DNA from: Trueperaceae bacterium | GTDB taxonomy: Bacteria; Deinococcota; Deinococci; Deinococcales; Trueperaceae | Assembly: GCA_965214405.1 (NCBI GenBank) | Contig: OZ243956.1 | Span: 896,001-960,000, forward strand | Length of the DNA stretch: 64,000 bases | Direction of reading: 5' to 3' | Part shown: positions 60,213 to 64,000 of the stretch, piece by piece | Position numbering within the stretch: position 1 is the first letter of the stretch | How the letters are laid out: every line of letters begins with the position of its first letter | Notes under the pieces: generated by a model | Told to the model about the DNA's origin: nothing | What the model saw: the letters and a program-made list of their open reading frames with translations, nothing else | Databases searched by the model: none | Translations under genes and position numbers: made by a program

Positions 60213-60932
60213 GTGACTCTGGGAATCATAAGCGACGTCCACGCCAACGTGCTCGCGCTCGAGGCGGTGCTCAAAGTGTTACGAGCAGAGGGCGCGAACA
60301 CGATTTTGTGCTTGGGCGACCTCGTCGGCTACGGGCCTTCACCCAACGAGACGATCGACTTGGTTCGCGCCGAGGGTTTATTGTGTGCGCTCGGCGCGGC
60401 GGACGAGCGCATCGCCTTTGAATTTGCAGGCACGAACAAGCCGCGCGAGGGCGTGGCCGACGAGATTTTGGAGTGGACGCGCACCGTTATCGAGCCGCGC
60501 CACGTTGAATTTTTGCGCAGCCTGCCCGTTCAATCGCGCCTGACGACGCCCGTGGGCCGCCTGCGCTTTTTTCACGGGTCGCCCCAGCAGCCTTCGGAAC
60601 GCCTCACGCTCAACCGGGACGTGCTGGAGCTTGTCAAGGTGCTCGAGGCCAACCGTTGCAACATCCTCGCCTGCGGCGGCTCGCACGTGCCCTACTACCA
60701 AGAGCTTCCCAACGGCTGGGTCGTCAACCCCGGCTCGGTCGGGCTGTCCTTAAACGGCGAGCCGGGCGCGGACTACGCGCTTCTCAAAATCAGCAAGAGC
60801 GGCGTCGAGGTGGCGATGGACAAGGTCGAATACGATTTTGCCGCGGTCGCCTTTGACATCGTGGCCTGGGGCCTGCCCGCGATGGTCGCCGAGACCATCC
60901 AACGAGGGCGGATGCCCGAGAAGCTGTCTTAG
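60213..60932 (+). CDS. metallophosphoesterase family protein (degenerate motifs)
   Basis: ISDVHAN, LGDLVGYG, HGSP, NPGSVG; GNHD position reads GAAD. Confidence 0.88.
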   Translation: MTLGIISDVHANVLALEAVLKVLRAEGANTILCLGDLVGYGPSPNETIDLVRAEGLLCALGAADERIAFEFAGTNKPREGVADEILEWTRTVIEPRHVEFLRSLPVQSRLTTPVGRLRFFHGSPQQPSERLTLNRDVLELVKVLEANRCNILACGGSHVPYYQELPNGWVVNPGSVGLSLNGEPGADYALLKISKSGVEVAMDKVEYDFAAVAFDIVAWGLPAMVAETIQRGRMPEKLS

Positions 60933-61102
60933 AAAGTCACCTCACGCACAAGCCGTATAAAAGTCATAGAAGATCTACCGGAAAGGTTGAGGAGGGGGAG
61001 CCCAGAACATAGAATGCTCTTTCTGTTCTCCCTTCTGTCTTTATTTCCTTCTAAGTCCTTCCCCAAGAAACAAATTTGTATAAGGTGAGTTAGAGAGCCG
61101 CG

Positions 61103-61366
61103 TCAAGCGCTCTTCGCCAAAGGCGTCTCCACCGCGCCGCTCACGCCGCAGTTTTTGCAGACGACCGAAAAGGTCGAGCAGGTCATCCGGCCGCTGGTGC
61201 CAAAGCGCGGCACGGTCATGACTTTCAGGGGCGCGGCGCAGTCGGGGCAAAAGATCGCGCCGCCCTTTTCGTACTGATGACACAGCGAATTTACACGCGC
61301 GTTCCGAAGAATTCGCACGACATCCTCCTCAGGACGGGCTAGTTTAGGGGAAAAAGGCTCGGCCAT
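61103..61366 (-). CDS. small putative zinc-ribbon protein
   Basis: CPDC...CKNC pair in an 87-aa ORF. Confidence 0.5.
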   Translation of the reverse strand: MAEPFSPKLARPEEDVVRILRNARVNSLCHQYEKGGAIFCPDCAAPLKVMTVPRFGTSGRMTCSTFSVVCKNCGVSGAVETPLAKSA

Positions 61367-61697
61367 ACCGTTTTTGCGGTTTGTGATGGAGCCTTGTGAA
61401 AGTTACCTGTTGCAGTGTTGAACGTGCCAAAGGTCGGCACCGCGTCAACCACCTCCGTAGCAACCGCTAATGTACATAAAGTTTGCGGGCGTGTGTGTGC
61501 TTCGCGCTACGGCGCGGGGGATGTAGGGTTCGCTTGGGAGGCTCGAGCCCTAACTCACCACACAACATCAGGTCACCCACGAAATTTCAGCAAAAACTTC
61601 GCGGCACATTCAGCTATCCGGTTTCTAGAGCTTGACAGCGTATACTCCTTTTCATAGGCATCAAGAAATTTTGTAAAGGCGCGAAACGGAGTAAAAA

Positions 61698-62900
61698 ATG
61701 ACTGAAGCATACTTAGTCGAAGCGGTACGCACCCCCATCGGGCGGCACGGCGGCGCGCTCTCCCCCGTTCGCCCCGACGACTTGGGCGCGCTCGTGTTGG
61801 GCGAACTCATGGCTCGAGCGGGCATCCCTAAAGGAGAAGTCGAGGACGTTTACATGGGCTGCGCCAACGGCGCGGGCGAGGACAACCGCAACGTCGCGCG
61901 GATGAGCCTGCTTCTGGCGGGCTTTCCCACCGAGGTAGCGGGCACGACCATCAACCGGCTCTGCGGCTCGGGTCTGGACGCGGTGGCGAGCGCGGCGCGG
62001 GCGGTGATGCTGGGCGAGGCGGACGTGTACATCGGCGCGGGCGTGGAGTCGATGAGCCGCGCGCCCTGGGCGGTGCCCAAAACGGAGCGCCCCTTCGCCA
62101 CGGGCGACTTGACCGCTTTTGACACGACGCTCGGCTGGCGCTTCGTCAACCCCAAAATGGCCGAACTGTACGGCGCCGAGGCGATGGGCGAGACCGCCGA
62201 GAATTTGGCCGAGGATTGCGGCGTCTCGCGCGAGGCGCAAGACGAGTTCGCGTATCAAAGCCATCAAAAAGCGCTGGCGGCGATTCAGGCGGGCCGCTTC
62301 AAAGACGAAATCGTTCCCGTCACCATCAAAGGGCGCAAAGGGAGCACCGTCGTGGACACCGACGAAGGCCCCCGCCCGGACACGTCGTTGGACAAGCTCG
62401 CCACGCTTCGCCCCGTGTTCCGCGAGGGCGGCAGCGTGACGGCGGGGAACTCGAGCTCGCTTAACGACGGCGCGGCGGCGGTGCTGGTCGTCGCAAAAGA
62501 TTATGCCGACGCGCACGGCTTAAAGCCCCTCGCCAAAGTCCGCAGCATGGCGGTGGCGGGGGTGCCGCCGCGCATCATGGGCATCGGGCCGGTACCCGCG
62601 ACACGCAAGGCGTTAGAGCGCGCCGAAATTTCATTGGAGGATGTCGGCGTCATCGAACTTAACGAAGCCTTTGCCGCGCAGTCGTTGGCGGTGCTCCGCG
62701 ATCTTGGGCTAGACCCCGAAGATGACCGCCTCAACCCCAACGGCGGCGCGATTGCGCTCGGACACCCGCTGGGCTGCTCCGGCGCGCGCATCCTCACGAC
62801 CTTGCTTTTTGAGATGAAGCGCCGGGAGGTCAGGCACGGCCTGGCGACCATGTGCATCGGGGTGGGTCAGGGCATTGCGATGGTGGTGGAGCGTGTTTGA
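61698..62900 (+). CDS. acetyl-CoA C-acyltransferase (PcaF/PaaJ-like thiolase)
   Basis: [37 protein letters not shown]. Confidence 0.93.
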   Translation: MTEAYLVEAVRTPIGRHGGALSPVRPDDLGALVLGELMARAGIPKGEVEDVYMGCANGAGEDNRNVARMSLLLAGFPTEVAGTTINRLCGSGLDAVASAARAVMLGEADVYIGAGVESMSRAPWAVPKTERPFATGDLTAFDTTLGWRFVNPKMAELYGAEAMGETAENLAEDCGVSREAQDEFAYQSHQKALAAIQAGRFKDEIVPVTIKGRKGSTVVDTDEGPRPDTSLDKLATLRPVFREGGSVTAGNSSSLNDGAAAVLVVAKDYADAHGLKPLAKVRSMAVAGVPPRIMGIGPVPATRKALERAEISLEDVGVIELNEAFAAQSLAVLRDLGLDPEDDRLNPNGGAIALGHPLGCSGARILTTLLFEMKRREVRHGLATMCIGVGQGIAMVVERV

Positions 62901-63252
62901 GGAGGGTGACGAGGCGCGGGTGAGGGAGCTCGACCGCGCCTGGAATGAGGCGTACGTGCGGCGGGACGTGGGCGCGTTGGCGCGCGTTCTGGCTGATGAT
63001 TGGATAGGCTTGACGCCTCAGCACGAAATCGTTACCAAGGAGAGGCTGCTCGAGTCCCAACGCCAGGCCCCTTCTGATGTTGAGGTGTCTTTTCATGACG
63101 GTACGCTGCACGGTTTCGGCAATACCGCCGTAACGACGGGGCGAACAACCGTTAAGGGTCTGGGGCTTTTTATCGACCAGCGCTTCACCCGCGTCTATAC
63201 TAAATGTAACGGGCGCTGGCAAGCCGTCGCTGTACAGGTTGTGCCGATATAA
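62893..63252 (+). CDS. NTF2-like (DUF4440) protein
   Basis: LDRAWNEAY...[19 protein letters not shown]...GRWQ. Confidence 0.85.
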   Translation: MFEEGDEARVRELDRAWNEAYVRRDVGALARVLADDWIGLTPQHEIVTKERLLESQRQAPSDVEVSFHDGTLHGFGNTAVTTGRTTVKGLGLFIDQRFTRVYTKCNGRWQAVAVQVVPI

Positions 63253-63689
63253 AAGCATACTTCGGCATCAAATACCACCCGGACAACCGCAACCGCGAAA
63301 CGGTTGAAAGGGTTTCAGACGTGCTCGCCAGATGCGGCCTTGAACTTCTTTGCGTCACCCGCGATGTCGAGAGGTGGGGCGCGGTCAGACTAACACCCGA
63401 AGAACTCATGAAAAAGACGTTTGGAATGATTGACGGCTGCGCGGTCGTTGTCGTCGAACTGAGCGAGAAGGGGGTGGGTTTGGGCATTGAAGCGGGGTAC
63501 GCTTACGCAAAAGGCGTTCCGGTTGTGACGATTGCAAGACAAGGCGCAGAGATATCCGAAACGTTGCGGGGCATTTCAAGAAAAGTATTTTTCTATGACG
63601 CGTATAGTGACCTCGAGCCCCTGTTCGTCAATTTTTTCAAAGAAGCCTCACCAGATGCACACCGTTCTCAAACGCCCATATTCACATAG
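63249..63689 (+). CDS. nucleoside 2-deoxyribosyltransferase-like protein (apparent ATA start)
   Basis: KAYFGIKY N-terminus, EKGVGLGIEAGYAYAKGVPV motif. Confidence 0.75.
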   Translation: MKAYFGIKYHPDNRNRETVERVSDVLARCGLELLCVTRDVERWGAVRLTPEELMKKTFGMIDGCAVVVVELSEKGVGLGIEAGYAYAKGVPVVTIARQGAEISETLRGISRKVFFYDAYSDLEPLFVNFFKEASPDAHRSQTPIFT

Positions 63690-63799
63690 CCTTATTCACA
63701 AGGCGTTCACAGTCCCTTCCCCTACGCTTCACGCCTTCTCTCCTATCCTGACGTCAAGCCTGAGCGGTAGGTTTTAGAGCTCAGGGAAAGGAGAAAGCG

Positions 63800-64000
63800 A
63801 TGGCTTTCGCATACGGCATGGGTCACGGGATGGGTTTTGGCTTTGGGCTGGGGTTTCTCAACCTCATCGGCACCGTCCTCTTTTTCGCCTTCCTCTTCTG
63901 GGCGTTTAGGTCCTTGGGGAGAGGTTGGCGCTACGGCGGGCGGCGCGGGCGCGGGAGACGCTACGGGCGTTCCCACGGGCGTCCCTGGGAGGGCGGCGGC
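63800..64000 (+). CDS. membrane protein N-terminus (Gly-rich, one TM helix; runs off the window)
   Basis: ATG after AAGGAG; MAFAYGMGHGMGFGFGLGFLNLIGTVLFFAFLFW. Confidence 0.65.
   Translation, partial: MAFAYGMGHGMGFGFGLGFLNLIGTVLFFAFLFWAFRSLGRGWRYGGRRGRGRRYGRSHGRPWEGGG

Overview
GC-rich bacterial chromosomal segment, most likely Deinococcota (Truepera-like). This is inferred from a Taq-type PolA, Deinococcus/Thermus-style gene families, many apparently leaderless genes with a TANNNT box 5-8 nt before the start codon, and strong CTCGAG enrichment. Housekeeping genes (trxB-like, rsmJ, gabT, pyrF, secA, cysS, dprA, maltose-type ABC transporter, polA, M42 peptidase, thiolase) are interleaved with accessory blocks. 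(1) An ISKra4/ISLre2-type IS with terminal inverted repeats and a 9-bp target duplication. (2) A sulfatase and formylglycine-generating enzyme split by a vapBC pair, with divergent RraA-like/epimerase/uxuA genes. (3) The most interesting block, about 41-57 kb: three GGDEF/EAL proteins and a decayed regulator surround a lipoprotein subtilase whose pro-region carries five Trp-containing heptapeptide repeats (a candidate peptide-signal/c-di-GMP system), followed by an orphan algF-algI-algJ O-acylation operon ending in two secreted LIP-family lipases. Several small MITE/REP-like elements and pseudogenes are also visible. No rRNA, tRNA or CRISPR array was seen. All family calls come from motif recognition by eye; no database search was run.
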